Source: an uncultured Bacilli bacterium
GTDB taxonomy: Bacteria; Bacillota_I; Bacilli_A; RF39; UBA660
Length of the DNA stretch: 64,000 nt
Reading direction: 5' to 3'
NCBI GenBank assembly: GCA_934119965.1
Contig: CAKOTA010000005.1
Location: 12,939-76,938 of the forward strand
In this document: in pieces, positions 56,494 through 64,000 of the stretch
Position numbering within the stretch: position 1 is the first letter of the stretch
How the letters are laid out: every line of letters begins with the position of its first letter
Notes under the pieces: generated by a model
Database searches by the model: none
Told to the model about the DNA's origin: nothing
The model's input: only the letters and a program-made list of their open reading frames with translations
Position numbers and translations under genes: made by a program

Positions 56494-56745
56494 GTTCGAC
56501 AAAATTAGACATAGTTATAATATTTACTTTTTTTTATTGGTGTGTTACTATGTATATAGATGAGTTATTGCTCATATAATAAAAAAGGAACATTCATTAT
56601 GAATGTCTACCAAAATTTGACTAGACATTTAAGTCATCGACTTAAGTGTCATTTTTTTATTACTAAAACTAATATTATTAGCTGTAATAAAATAAAGGAG
56701 AAAGAAAAAAGTATTTTTAAATAAAACTCTCTTTTCTCTTCTTTT
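56494..56745. repeat. Tandem duplication unit, copy 2
   Basis: This is a direct repeat of 56161-56400 with a ~10-nt insertion near its start and substitutions that remove the minus-strand RBS/ATG. Confidence 0.6.
56558..56657 (+). ncRNA. Candidate small RNA (copy 2)
   Basis: The -35 TTTACT is at 56523-56528, the -10 TACTAT at 56546-56551, and the same terminator hairpin plus T7 ends at ~56657. Confidence 0.35.
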
Positions 56746-56822
56746 AATATTCTTTTTCGATTAAGAAATAGTGTTTTATAGCAAAAAAAGAATCTATTAT
56801 TTTTATTATATTGCTTATAATT

Positions 56823-57260
56823 TTATATTTTTTTTCTTAAGATAGTTGTAAAATTTAAAAAATTATTATTTTTATACAAATTTATTGCATTTTGATTTTT
56901 ATCAAATGCTTGCACATCAATAAATTTTACATTTCGAGATTTTAGCTCTAATTCCATCTTTTTTAGAAGTTCAGTAGCTATTCCTTGTTTTCGGTATTCT
57001 TTATTAACATATAAGAAATTAATTTTTGCGATATTATTTATATTAATATCTCTCTTGATAATGCTTGAATATATAAACCCACATATCATATTGTTTTTTT
57101 CAAATACAAAAATGATAATATTTTCATCCAAACCGTATGATAAACTTTTAAATTTGAATTTTTTATTATAATTTTCATCATACTTTGCCTCTTCAAAAAG
57201 AAATTTTTTAAATAAATAATCAAGTTCAATAAAATCTCTATTCTCTGCTTTTCTTATCAT
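56823..57260 (-). CDS. GNAT family N-acetyltransferase
   Basis: The acetyl-CoA binding motif RKQGIATELLKKME is present. The length is 145 aa. Confidence 0.75.
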   Translation of the reverse strand: MIRKAENRDFIELDYLFKKFLFEEAKYDENYNKKFKFKSLSYGLDENIIIFVFEKNNMICGFIYSSIIKRDININNIAKINFLYVNKEYRKQGIATELLKKMELELKSRNVKFIDVQAFDKNQNAINLYKNNNFLNFTTILRKKI

Positions 57261-57303
57261 ATTTTAGTTTCTCTTTTTTATTACTTTATAATATATTCAA
57301 ATT

Positions 57304-57579
57304 TTATTCTTTTTCTAAAATAAAATATTTACAATCATAAGCACAATTATTTCTTAAATAATCTTTTCTTTTTTCAAAATCATTTATTTCTTTATATAGT
57401 TTATTTTCTTTCTTACAAAAACCCTTTAGTCTTAATTTGCCATAGGCCCAATCACCTAATACATAATCATAATCATAAAAATAATCAGTTAATTTATTTT
57501 CTACTTCTTCTTGATCAAATCCATCCTTATAATTTGTAATTAAGTTATATTTAATATCATTTATTACAACCATTTTCAT
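57304..57579 (-). CDS. yutD: YutD-like protein (DUF1027)
   Basis: The product VVINDIKYNLITNYKDGFDQEE...YDYVLGDWAYGKLRLKGF resembles B. subtilis YutD. The true start is the ATG at 57579 with RBS AGGTGAT. Confidence 0.6.
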   Translation of the reverse strand: MKMVVINDIKYNLITNYKDGFDQEEVENKLTDYFYDYDYVLGDWAYGKLRLKGFCKKENKLYKEINDFEKRKDYLRNNCAYDCKYFILEKE

Positions 57580-57610
57580 TATATCACCTATTAAAATTAT
57601 AACATATTTT

Positions 57611-58324
57611 TTAACTTGAAGAAAGTGTATATGGGTTAAAATAGTATCCTGGAACTGTTCCATTTATAATTTTTATTGATATTGGCACTACTGTTTCTAC
57701 TTGAATTTGTTTTGTATCAAATGGTAGTATTACTTGTTCTTCAGCTATTATTTTTACCCCTAATTCAATTACAGCATTATTAATTCCATACTCTTTTATA
57801 TCTGTTACTATATCGGTTGTTATATCACCAATTAAACTCAATTTGACTGGTATTTTGGGTCCTAAATTAGCAAGCAATCCATTATTAAATATAATTCCTG
57901 ATGGTACTTGATAAATAATGCCACTCTTCAATTTTTCTGAATTAACATTAATATTTTCATTATCGGATAACCCAATATCTCCTAATTCACCCTTCTCTAA
58001 TTTTCTTAAATATTCTTTAACATTTATACTAACTTCTTTTAAAATATTATTAATCTCATATGTATTATAATTTGTTTCTTTTCCATCAGTTATAAATAAA
58101 TTATCACTTTTAAATTTTTCACCTAACTCATTATCAATAGCATTTCCGATTACTAAAACTGCTATTTTTTTTGCCTGTTTTTCAGCATAATTCATTATAA
58201 TTGGAGTTAACTTTTTTCCTATAAAATTAAACACTACAAATAATGTAATTATAATCATTACAATTAATAAAATTATAACATTGTGATTTTTGTTTTTTTT
58301 CTTTTTTAGTTTTATCTTTCTCAT
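57611..58324 (-). CDS. Sporulation protein YunB-like
   Basis: An N-terminal TM anchor is followed by a ~200-aa domain with a YunB-like pattern (AEKQAKKIAVLVIGNAIDNEL...). The length is 237 aa. Confidence 0.45.
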   Translation of the reverse strand: MRKIKLKKKKNKNHNVIILLIVMIIITLFVVFNFIGKKLTPIIMNYAEKQAKKIAVLVIGNAIDNELGEKFKSDNLFITDGKETNYNTYEINNILKEVSINVKEYLRKLEKGELGDIGLSDNENINVNSEKLKSGIIYQVPSGIIFNNGLLANLGPKIPVKLSLIGDITTDIVTDIKEYGINNAVIELGVKIIAEEQVILPFDTKQIQVETVVPISIKIINGTVPGYYFNPYTLSSS

Positions 58325-58362
58325 AATTAATTATATAATAAAAAACAGAATAAAATTCTGTT

Positions 58363-58911
58363 TTAAACAAATAAATATTTGCCTCTTTTAACTTCTTGTT
58401 CATTGTACTTATCTACTATTACAATTTCATTTTTTATTAATGACTGTTGAACATCGATAATTCTTTGATTTTTTGAACCTCTATATGGGGCTTCATAAGT
58501 TTTTTCTTCTAGAACAAACTTACCATCAATTAGGACATCAATATTTTTTAATAATTCAATTATGACTGGTTTCGTTCTCCCAAGTGTCTTTAATTGGTCA
58601 AATGTAAAACCTGTATATGTCCATACATTTAAGCCTATCTTTTTAGCAAACTTAGCTATTTCTAAACAAGCGTCTGGTTGCATAAATGGGTCGCCTCCTG
58701 ACAAGGTTATACCATCTTGGAATTTTAAGTTCATCAATTCCTTTTTTATATCCTCAATATCTATCAAGGCACCACCATTAAAATCGTGAGTTTCTGGATT
58801 ATGACATCCTTTACAATTATGACTACAACCTTGGGTCCAAATTACAGTTCTTATTCCTTCACCATCTACAACACTATCATATTGAAGTGGAGCAGCTAAT
58901 CTAATTTTCAT
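58363..58911 (-). CDS. nrdG: Anaerobic ribonucleoside-triphosphate reductase activating protein
   Basis: The radical SAM motif is GCSHNCKGCHNPETH and the length is 182 aa. Its ATG overlaps by 1 nt (TAATG) the stop of the upstream glycyl-radical ORF. Confidence 0.85.
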   Translation of the reverse strand: MKIRLAAPLQYDSVVDGEGIRTVIWTQGCSHNCKGCHNPETHDFNGGALIDIEDIKKELMNLKFQDGITLSGGDPFMQPDACLEIAKFAKKIGLNVWTYTGFTFDQLKTLGRTKPVIIELLKNIDVLIDGKFVLEEKTYEAPYRGSKNQRIIDVQQSLIKNEIVIVDKYNEQEVKRGKYLFV

Positions 58912-59084
58912 TAGCTAGCCTTCTTTTCAACAGAATATTCATTTAGGTCTTTTAAACTATGTTTAACTCTATCTCTTTCTTCAGCTCTTTTAGCATTATT
59001 AAATCTTTTTACATCTCCTGCTAAATAACCTGTTACTCTTCTAATTCTTTCGAATCCTACATTTTCACCTACTACTTTTTCCAT
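58911..59084 (-). CDS. Stand-alone NrdD C-terminal glycyl-radical segment (57 aa)
   Basis: This ORF is not in the track. The product is MEKVVGENVGFERIRRVTGYLAGDVKRFNNAKRAEERDRVKHSLKDLNEYSVEKKAS and carries the RVxGY glycyl radical motif. Its own SD AGGAGG lies 7 nt upstream of the ATG, which is 10 nt after the nrdD TAG and in a different frame. Confidence 0.55.
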   Translation of the reverse strand: MEKVVGENVGFERIRRVTGYLAGDVKRFNNAKRAEERDRVKHSLKDLNEYSVEKKAS

Positions 59085-59094
59085 ATATTGCCTC

Positions 59095-61377
59095 CTACTT
59101 ATCTAATAATATACCTTCAAATTCTCTTCTTCCACATTTTGGACATACATCTTTAATAATTCCAACATATCCACAAACAGGATCTCTATCTACTGGGTGG
59201 TTAATTGCTCCATAACCAATTCCAGATTCTTTCATTAATCTTATTACTTTTTCGAATGCTTCAACATTTTGAGTTAAATCTCCGTCCATTTCAATATAAC
59301 TAATATGTCCAGCATTAGTTAAAGCATGGAATGGAGCTTCTTTTTTAATTTTATTTACTATTGAAGTATTGTAATAAACCGGTACATGGAATGAATTTGT
59401 ATAATAATCTCTATCAGTTACACCTTTAATTTTTCCATATATTGCTTTATCAATATTAACAAATCTACCTGATAAACCTTCAGCTGGAGTTGCTAAACAA
59501 GTAAAATTCAAATTGTATTTTTCACTATATTCATCACATTTATCACGCATAAATTTAATGATTTTAATTCCTAGTTTTTCAGCCTCATCACTTTCTCCGT
59601 GATGTTCACCGATTAGAGCTTTTAATGTTTCAGCTAAACCAATAAATCCAATTGATAGTGTACCATGTTTAAGTACTCTTCTAATTCTATCATTTGGTTT
59701 TAATGTTTCCCCATCATTCCATACTCCTTCTCCTAATAAGAATGGAAAATTATAAACTTTTTTACTACATTGAATTTCAAATCTTTCTAATAATTGGTCT
59801 TTAACTAATTCCATTGTTTCTTCTAATTCATTAAAGAAACCTTTCATATCAGCTTTATCTCTTTCTTTTAAACAAATACCATGTTTAATACCAATTCTTG
59901 GTAAGTTAATTGAAGTGAATGATAAATTTCCTCTTCCTGTTACTATTTGATTTTGTTTATCAGTAACATCTCCAATAACTCTTGTACGACATCCCATATA
60001 AGATATTTCTGTATTATAATCATCTGGTTTATAGTAAATTATGTTGTGTGGAGCATCTATAAAAGAGAAATTTGGAAATAATCTTTTAGCAGATACTTTA
60101 CAAGCTAATTTAAATAAATCATAATTTGGATCTCCGGGATTATAGTTTATTCCTTCTTTTACTTTAAATATAGATACTGGGAATATTGGAGTTTCTCCCA
60201 TTCCTAGTCCAGCATCTGTTACTTTTAAGAAATTATCTATTACCATTCTCCCTTCTTTTGAAGTACAAGTACCAAAGTTAATTGATGAGAAAGGTACTTG
60301 GGCACCAGCACGGGAATGCATTGTATTTAAATTATGAATAAATGCTTCCATTGCTTGATATGTCATTCGATCAGTTTTTTGTAATGCTTTTTCATAAGAT
60401 AAATCGAATATTCTTTTTACTTCTTTTGATTCTTTATAAAATGGTGCGAATAATTCTATATCTAATTCAATTGTATCAAGTTTATCTATTTCTTTTATTA
60501 CTCTATCAAAGTTTACAAATGAAATGAAATCACTATATTCTAATAAATCATATAATTGTTGTTTAAATTGTTTTTTAAATGTTTTTACAACTCCTGGTGC
60601 CATATAATAATCAAATGCTGGAATTGATTGACCACCATGTTGATCATTTTGATTTGCTTGAATTGCAATGGCTGCAAGTGCTGAATACGACATTATATCA
60701 TTTGGTTCTCTTAGGTGTCCATGACCTGTATCAAATCCACCTTTAAATAATTTTTCTAGATTTATTTGACAACAAGTTGTTGTTCCCATTGGTAGAAAGT
60801 CCATATCGTGAATATGAATTTCACCGCTATCGTGTGCTTCAGCAAATTTTGGTTTCATTAAATATGCTTTAGCAAATTCTTTTGATACAGTTGAACCATA
60901 TTGTAACATTGTTCCCATAGCTGTATCTCCATCGATATTAGCATTTTCTCTTTTAGCGTCTTCTTCATTAGCTGATTTAAGTCCTAAAGATTCTATTGAT
61001 TTTAAAAATTTATGAGTTTTCTTTTCTCCGAAGAATAATTCTCTTGAAGAATTTCTTCTTTCTCTATATTCGGAAAAAGATTTATATACATCGTTGTATC
61101 CTTTTTTTTCTAATTCCTCTTCAATTAAATCTTGAATTTGTTCAATTTTAATTTTTGTTTCATTTTTGAAATCTTTTTCGATTCTGTTCATTACAGATTG
61201 ATATACTTTTTGAATATCTTTCTCATTATATACCTTTGTTTCTCCATCATCATCTGTATCATTTACGATACTATCAAAGCCTTTTTTTATGGCAATTGCT
61301 ATTTTTGATCCATCAAAATCTACTTTTTTGCCATTTCTTTTTTCTACTTTTAATGTAGCTAATAATTCTTCAACCAT
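59095..61377 (-). CDS. nrdD: Anaerobic ribonucleoside-triphosphate reductase (class III), body lacking glycyl-radical tail
   Basis: An N-terminal ATP-cone (KVDFDGSKIAIAIKKG) and the large catalytic barrel are present. The C-terminal Zn ribbon CGYVGIIKDVCPKCG is present. The ORF ends 12 aa after CPKC without the RVxGY motif. Confidence 0.85.
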   Translation of the reverse strand: MVEELLATLKVEKRNGKKVDFDGSKIAIAIKKGFDSIVNDTDDDGETKVYNEKDIQKVYQSVMNRIEKDFKNETKIKIEQIQDLIEEELEKKGYNDVYKSFSEYRERRNSSRELFFGEKKTHKFLKSIESLGLKSANEEDAKRENANIDGDTAMGTMLQYGSTVSKEFAKAYLMKPKFAEAHDSGEIHIHDMDFLPMGTTTCCQINLEKLFKGGFDTGHGHLREPNDIMSYSALAAIAIQANQNDQHGGQSIPAFDYYMAPGVVKTFKKQFKQQLYDLLEYSDFISFVNFDRVIKEIDKLDTIELDIELFAPFYKESKEVKRIFDLSYEKALQKTDRMTYQAMEAFIHNLNTMHSRAGAQVPFSSINFGTCTSKEGRMVIDNFLKVTDAGLGMGETPIFPVSIFKVKEGINYNPGDPNYDLFKLACKVSAKRLFPNFSFIDAPHNIIYYKPDDYNTEISYMGCRTRVIGDVTDKQNQIVTGRGNLSFTSINLPRIGIKHGICLKERDKADMKGFFNELEETMELVKDQLLERFEIQCSKKVYNFPFLLGEGVWNDGETLKPNDRIRRVLKHGTLSIGFIGLAETLKALIGEHHGESDEAEKLGIKIIKFMRDKCDEYSEKYNLNFTCLATPAEGLSGRFVNIDKAIYGKIKGVTDRDYYTNSFHVPVYYNTSIVNKIKKEAPFHALTNAGHISYIEMDGDLTQNVEAFEKVIRLMKESGIGYGAINHPVDRDPVCGYVGIIKDVCPKCGRREFEGILLDK

Positions 61378-61757
61378 ATTCTGTACCTCACTTTATTGTT
61401 ACCTAAATTGTAGTTCATATTTGAGTGACTGTCAATACATTTTTGTAAAAAAAACTGAATTTATGTTCGTGTATGTCATTTTGCCCTTATTTTTCAATAA
61501 TTTTTGTTTTTCAAAAGTTTACATTTTTATTTTTTTAATTTTTTCTATTTTTTAGTTTTTATTTTTTTTATAAATTATTGCTATTTTTCTTTATTTTATA
61601 AAGGCTTGTCCAATTTTACTATTTTTATACAAAAAAATATTTTTTTATATTTTTCCGTATTTTTTTATTTTCCTATTTTTATTTTTCATCTTTTTTTGTT
61701 TTTTATGTTGTTGCCCAACTAGAGATAAATCATATAATATTCTAGGAGGATGCCATA

Positions 61758-62000
61758 ATGAATTTTAGTGATAATTTTTTTAAAAGAGTTGAGAAAAAAA
61801 CTAATGTTGGAAAGGATACAATTCTTTCTTTAGCAACTAAACTTCAACAAAATAATTTAAAGGATGAGAAGACTTTAAGAGAGGTAATTCAAGAACTAGG
61901 AAAAATGACTGGTAAAGTTGTTGATAAAGAGAAAGAGGACAAAATTATAAGTGCTGTCCAAAATGATAAAGTTCCAAAAGATATTGATAAATTAATATAA
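61758..62000 (+). CDS. spoVIF: Stage VI sporulation protein F-like (SpoVIF/YjcC family)
   Basis: The product is MNFSDNFFKRVEKKTNVGKDTILSLATKLQQNNLKDEKTLREVIQEL, which matches the FFKxIEKKTGV...LQNANFKDE pattern of SpoVIF. It lies immediately upstream of spoIVA. Confidence 0.55.
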   Translation: MNFSDNFFKRVEKKTNVGKDTILSLATKLQQNNLKDEKTLREVIQELGKMTGKVVDKEKEDKIISAVQNDKVPKDIDKLI

Positions 62001-62077
62001 GCTTTTAACTTATATTTTTTTTGAATATATTTATTTTTTAATACATATAGTTTATTGATACAGAAAGTAGGGATTAA

Positions 62078-63553
62078 ATGGATAAATTAGAAATAGTTAA
62101 AAGTATTGCTGCAAGGTCAAATGGAGATTTATATCTTGGGATAGTTGGTGCTGTCAGAACTGGAAAGTCAACTTTTATCAAAAAAACTATTGAAACTTTA
62201 GTGGTTCCTAATATAGAAGATGAATATGAAAAGAAAAGAACTTTAGATGAAATTCCTCAAAGTTCTGCTGGTAGAACGATTATGACTACAGAACCTAAGT
62301 TTATACCGAGCAATGCTGCTAAAATTAAAATTGATGATTTTGAAACTAATATTAGATTAGTTGATTGTGTTGGTTATGTTATTAAGGATGCTAAAGGATA
62401 CGAGGATGAAAATGGTCCTCGAATGGTTAAATGTCCTTGGTATGATGAAGAAATACCTTTTATAGAAGCGGCTGAAATTGGTACTGAAAAAGTTATTAGA
62501 GACCACTCTTCTATTGGTATTGTTATAACTACTGATGGTTCTTTTGGTGAAATAAGCAGAAGTAGCTATATTGAAGCTGAGGAGAAAGTTGTTTCTGAAT
62601 TAAAGGAAATAGGTAAACCTTTTATAGTAGTTTTAAATTCAAGTCACCCAATGCTTCCTGAAACAGAAAGATTAGCTGAAAAATTAAGAGAAGACTATAA
62701 TGTTCCAGTTTTACCAATGAGTGTTGAGAATATGACTGAAAGAGATATTTATTCTGTTTTAAGAGAAGCTTTATATGAATTTCCAGTTGTCGAGGTAAAA
62801 GTTAGTATGCCAGAATGGATTGCTTGTTTATCACCTAGTAACTGGTTAAAAAAAGAATATATTTCTAAGATTAGGGAAAGCGTTGTTGAAATTGATAAAT
62901 TAAGAGATATTAATACTATAACTACTCATTTTGAGAATTCAGAATATATCAGTAAAGCATATTTATCAGATGTTGATACTTCAACTGGAGTTGTTACTAT
63001 GAGTTTAGAAGCACCTGACGAATTATATAGTAAAGTTTTAAAAGAATTCATTGATATTGATATCAATAATAAAGTAGAGGTTCTTAAATTATTCCAAGAT
63101 TATAGTGAATCTAAACAAGAGTATGATCAAGTTAAAGATGCTATTAAGATGGTTAAACAAACTGGATATGGTATTGCCTCTCCAACTTTAATGGATATGA
63201 AATTAGATACGCCAGAGATAATTAAACAAGGTAGCCGATATGGTATAAAACTAAAAGCAGTTGCTCCTTCTATTCATATGATTAGAGTCGATGTTGAGTC
63301 TACTTTTGAACCAATTATCGGATCTGAGTTACAAAGTAAGGAATTAATTGATTATTTAATGAAGGATTATGATACAAATCCATCTAATATTTGGAAAAGT
63401 GAGATTTTTGGAAGAAGTTTAGACATCATTGTTAAGGAAGGAATTCAAGCAAAATTATCACTTATGCCTGATAATATAAGGTTTAAACTTAACCAAACTT
63501 TAACTAAATTAGTTAATAAGGGTTCTAACAATTTATTTGCAGTTGTACTATAA
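62078..63553 (+). CDS. spoIVA: Stage IV sporulation protein A
   Basis: The product begins MDKLEIVKSIAARSNGDLYLGIVGAVRTGKSTFIKK, carries a Walker A and is 491 aa long, which is canonical for SpoIVA. Confidence 0.9.
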   Translation: MDKLEIVKSIAARSNGDLYLGIVGAVRTGKSTFIKKTIETLVVPNIEDEYEKKRTLDEIPQSSAGRTIMTTEPKFIPSNAAKIKIDDFETNIRLVDCVGYVIKDAKGYEDENGPRMVKCPWYDEEIPFIEAAEIGTEKVIRDHSSIGIVITTDGSFGEISRSSYIEAEEKVVSELKEIGKPFIVVLNSSHPMLPETERLAEKLREDYNVPVLPMSVENMTERDIYSVLREALYEFPVVEVKVSMPEWIACLSPSNWLKKEYISKIRESVVEIDKLRDINTITTHFENSEYISKAYLSDVDTSTGVVTMSLEAPDELYSKVLKEFIDIDINNKVEVLKLFQDYSESKQEYDQVKDAIKMVKQTGYGIASPTLMDMKLDTPEIIKQGSRYGIKLKAVAPSIHMIRVDVESTFEPIIGSELQSKELIDYLMKDYDTNPSNIWKSEIFGRSLDIIVKEGIQAKLSLMPDNIRFKLNQTLTKLVNKGSNNLFAVVL

Positions 63554-63580
63554 AAAACCACTTTAGTGGTTTTTTTCTTT
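63554..63580. terminator. Bidirectional intrinsic terminator
   Basis: The hairpin AAAAAACCACT-TTA-GTGGTTTTTTTC sits between convergent spoIVA and the downstream minus-strand gene. Confidence 0.55.
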
Positions 63581-64000
63581 TAATAGGCTGATTATATTAA
63601 TTGATATTTTGGGATTTAAATCAGTTACTTTTTTAAATGATTTGATGTTTTCTTCTAAGAAGTATTTTAGTTTACGATGTTTATAGGGATATTCACTATT
63701 ATTTATTTTTTCTAAAACTATTTTAATTTCACTATCCAATTTTTTAATTTCATTTATTATTTGTTTACCATCAACATTTTTATTTCGTTCATATATTAAA
63801 GAGTACTCATCGATGTTCATATTTATATATTCTTTAAATGCTGCATTGTTTCGTTTAATATTATCTTTATTCTTTTTTTCTAGTTGTTCTAATTCCAATT
63901 CTTCGTCTTTAATTTTATTTTCTAGATATTCTATTTCATTTATTAGTTCGTTTAGTTTATTAATTCTTTTTATGTTTGTTTTTTTGGATATTTGATTTAA
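63563..64000 (-). CDS. Coiled-coil protein, partial (N-terminus beyond window end)
   Basis: The minus-strand frame is open from 64000 down to the stop at 63563. The track ORF (TTG start at 63898) is only the C-terminal part. The product is rich in E/K/L/N heptads. Confidence 0.4.
   Translation of the reverse strand, partial: LNQISKKTNIKRINKLNELINEIEYLENKIKDEELELEQLEKKNKDNIKRNNAAFKEYINMNIDEYSLIYERNKNVDGKQIINEIKKLDSEIKIVLEKINNSEYPYKHRKLKYFLEENIKSFKKVTDLNPKISINIISLLKEKNH

Noticed and set aside
61289-61722. Two plus-strand track ORFs (61289-61555, 61504-61722) encoding poly-Phe/Ile/Leu peptides.
   Set aside because: They are translation of the phased T-tract intergenic region upstream of spoVIF. 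The sequence has no RBS and no protein-like properties.
1-64000. Looked for CRISPR arrays, rRNA genes, additional tRNAs and integrase or transposase genes.
   Set aside because: No regularly spaced short direct repeats with unique spacers, no rRNA-like conserved blocks and no recombinase motifs were seen. Only one tRNA (Leu-CAA) was recognisable by eye, and others would need tRNAscan to exclude.

Overview
The window is a 64 kb chromosomal segment from a very AT-rich (~25% GC) spore-forming Firmicute. Sporulation genes present are spoIVA, a SpoVIF-like gene, an alpha/beta-type SASP, YunB-like and YjcZ-like peptides. The presence of rpoE (delta), ezrA and yutD points to a Bacilli/Erysipelotrichia-like lineage. 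Most of the window is conserved housekeeping: two SEDS (FtsW/RodA) paralogs, rpmF-yceD, tmcAL, recG, rubrerythrin, def, rpoE, argS, HU, thiI, tRNA-Leu(CAA), scpAB, ezrA, rpsD, a U32 peptidase, an M29 aminopeptidase, uppP, ftsEX, prfB with its programmed +1 frameshift, and nrdDG. Six things stand out. (1) A six-gene operon of overlapping genes at 20.2-26.1 kb encodes a B12-binding radical SAM, a P-loop-kinase::radical-SAM/SPASM fusion, a DUF3419 (BtaA-like ACP-transferase) protein, an ESR-repeat protein, an ATP-grasp ligase and a SAM methyltransferase. I read this as an undescribed modification or RiPP-like pathway whose substrate may be the ESR-repeat protein. (2) A PHP-phosphoesterase::ABC-ATPase fusion with a small overlapping partner gene (17.4-20.0 kb) has a Ppl/OLD-like anti-phage architecture. 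Its 5' leader hairpin recurs upstream of a 30-aa secreted Cys/His peptide gene. (3) A compact type-I toxin-antitoxin-like module at 47.05-47.54 kb is bounded by 47-bp direct repeats. It has a Cheo (LexA) box in its promoter, an SD-sequestering CCUCC-GAAA-GGAGG hairpin, a 24-aa hydrophobic peptide and a convergent antisense sRNA. (4) A tandem ~330-bp duplication upstream of prfB (56.16-56.75 kb) carries sRNA-like units; only copy 1 keeps a 30-aa toxin-like ORF on the opposite strand. (5) NrdD is split: its glycyl-radical tail is a separate 57-aa ORF with its own SD, overlapping the nrdG start. (6) The region at 10.2-20.2 kb looks accessory, with a frameshifted repeat-protein pseudogene, a kinase-like two-gene operon, an ASCH-membrane protein and several candidate small RNAs. 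No CRISPR array, rRNA or integrase was seen.
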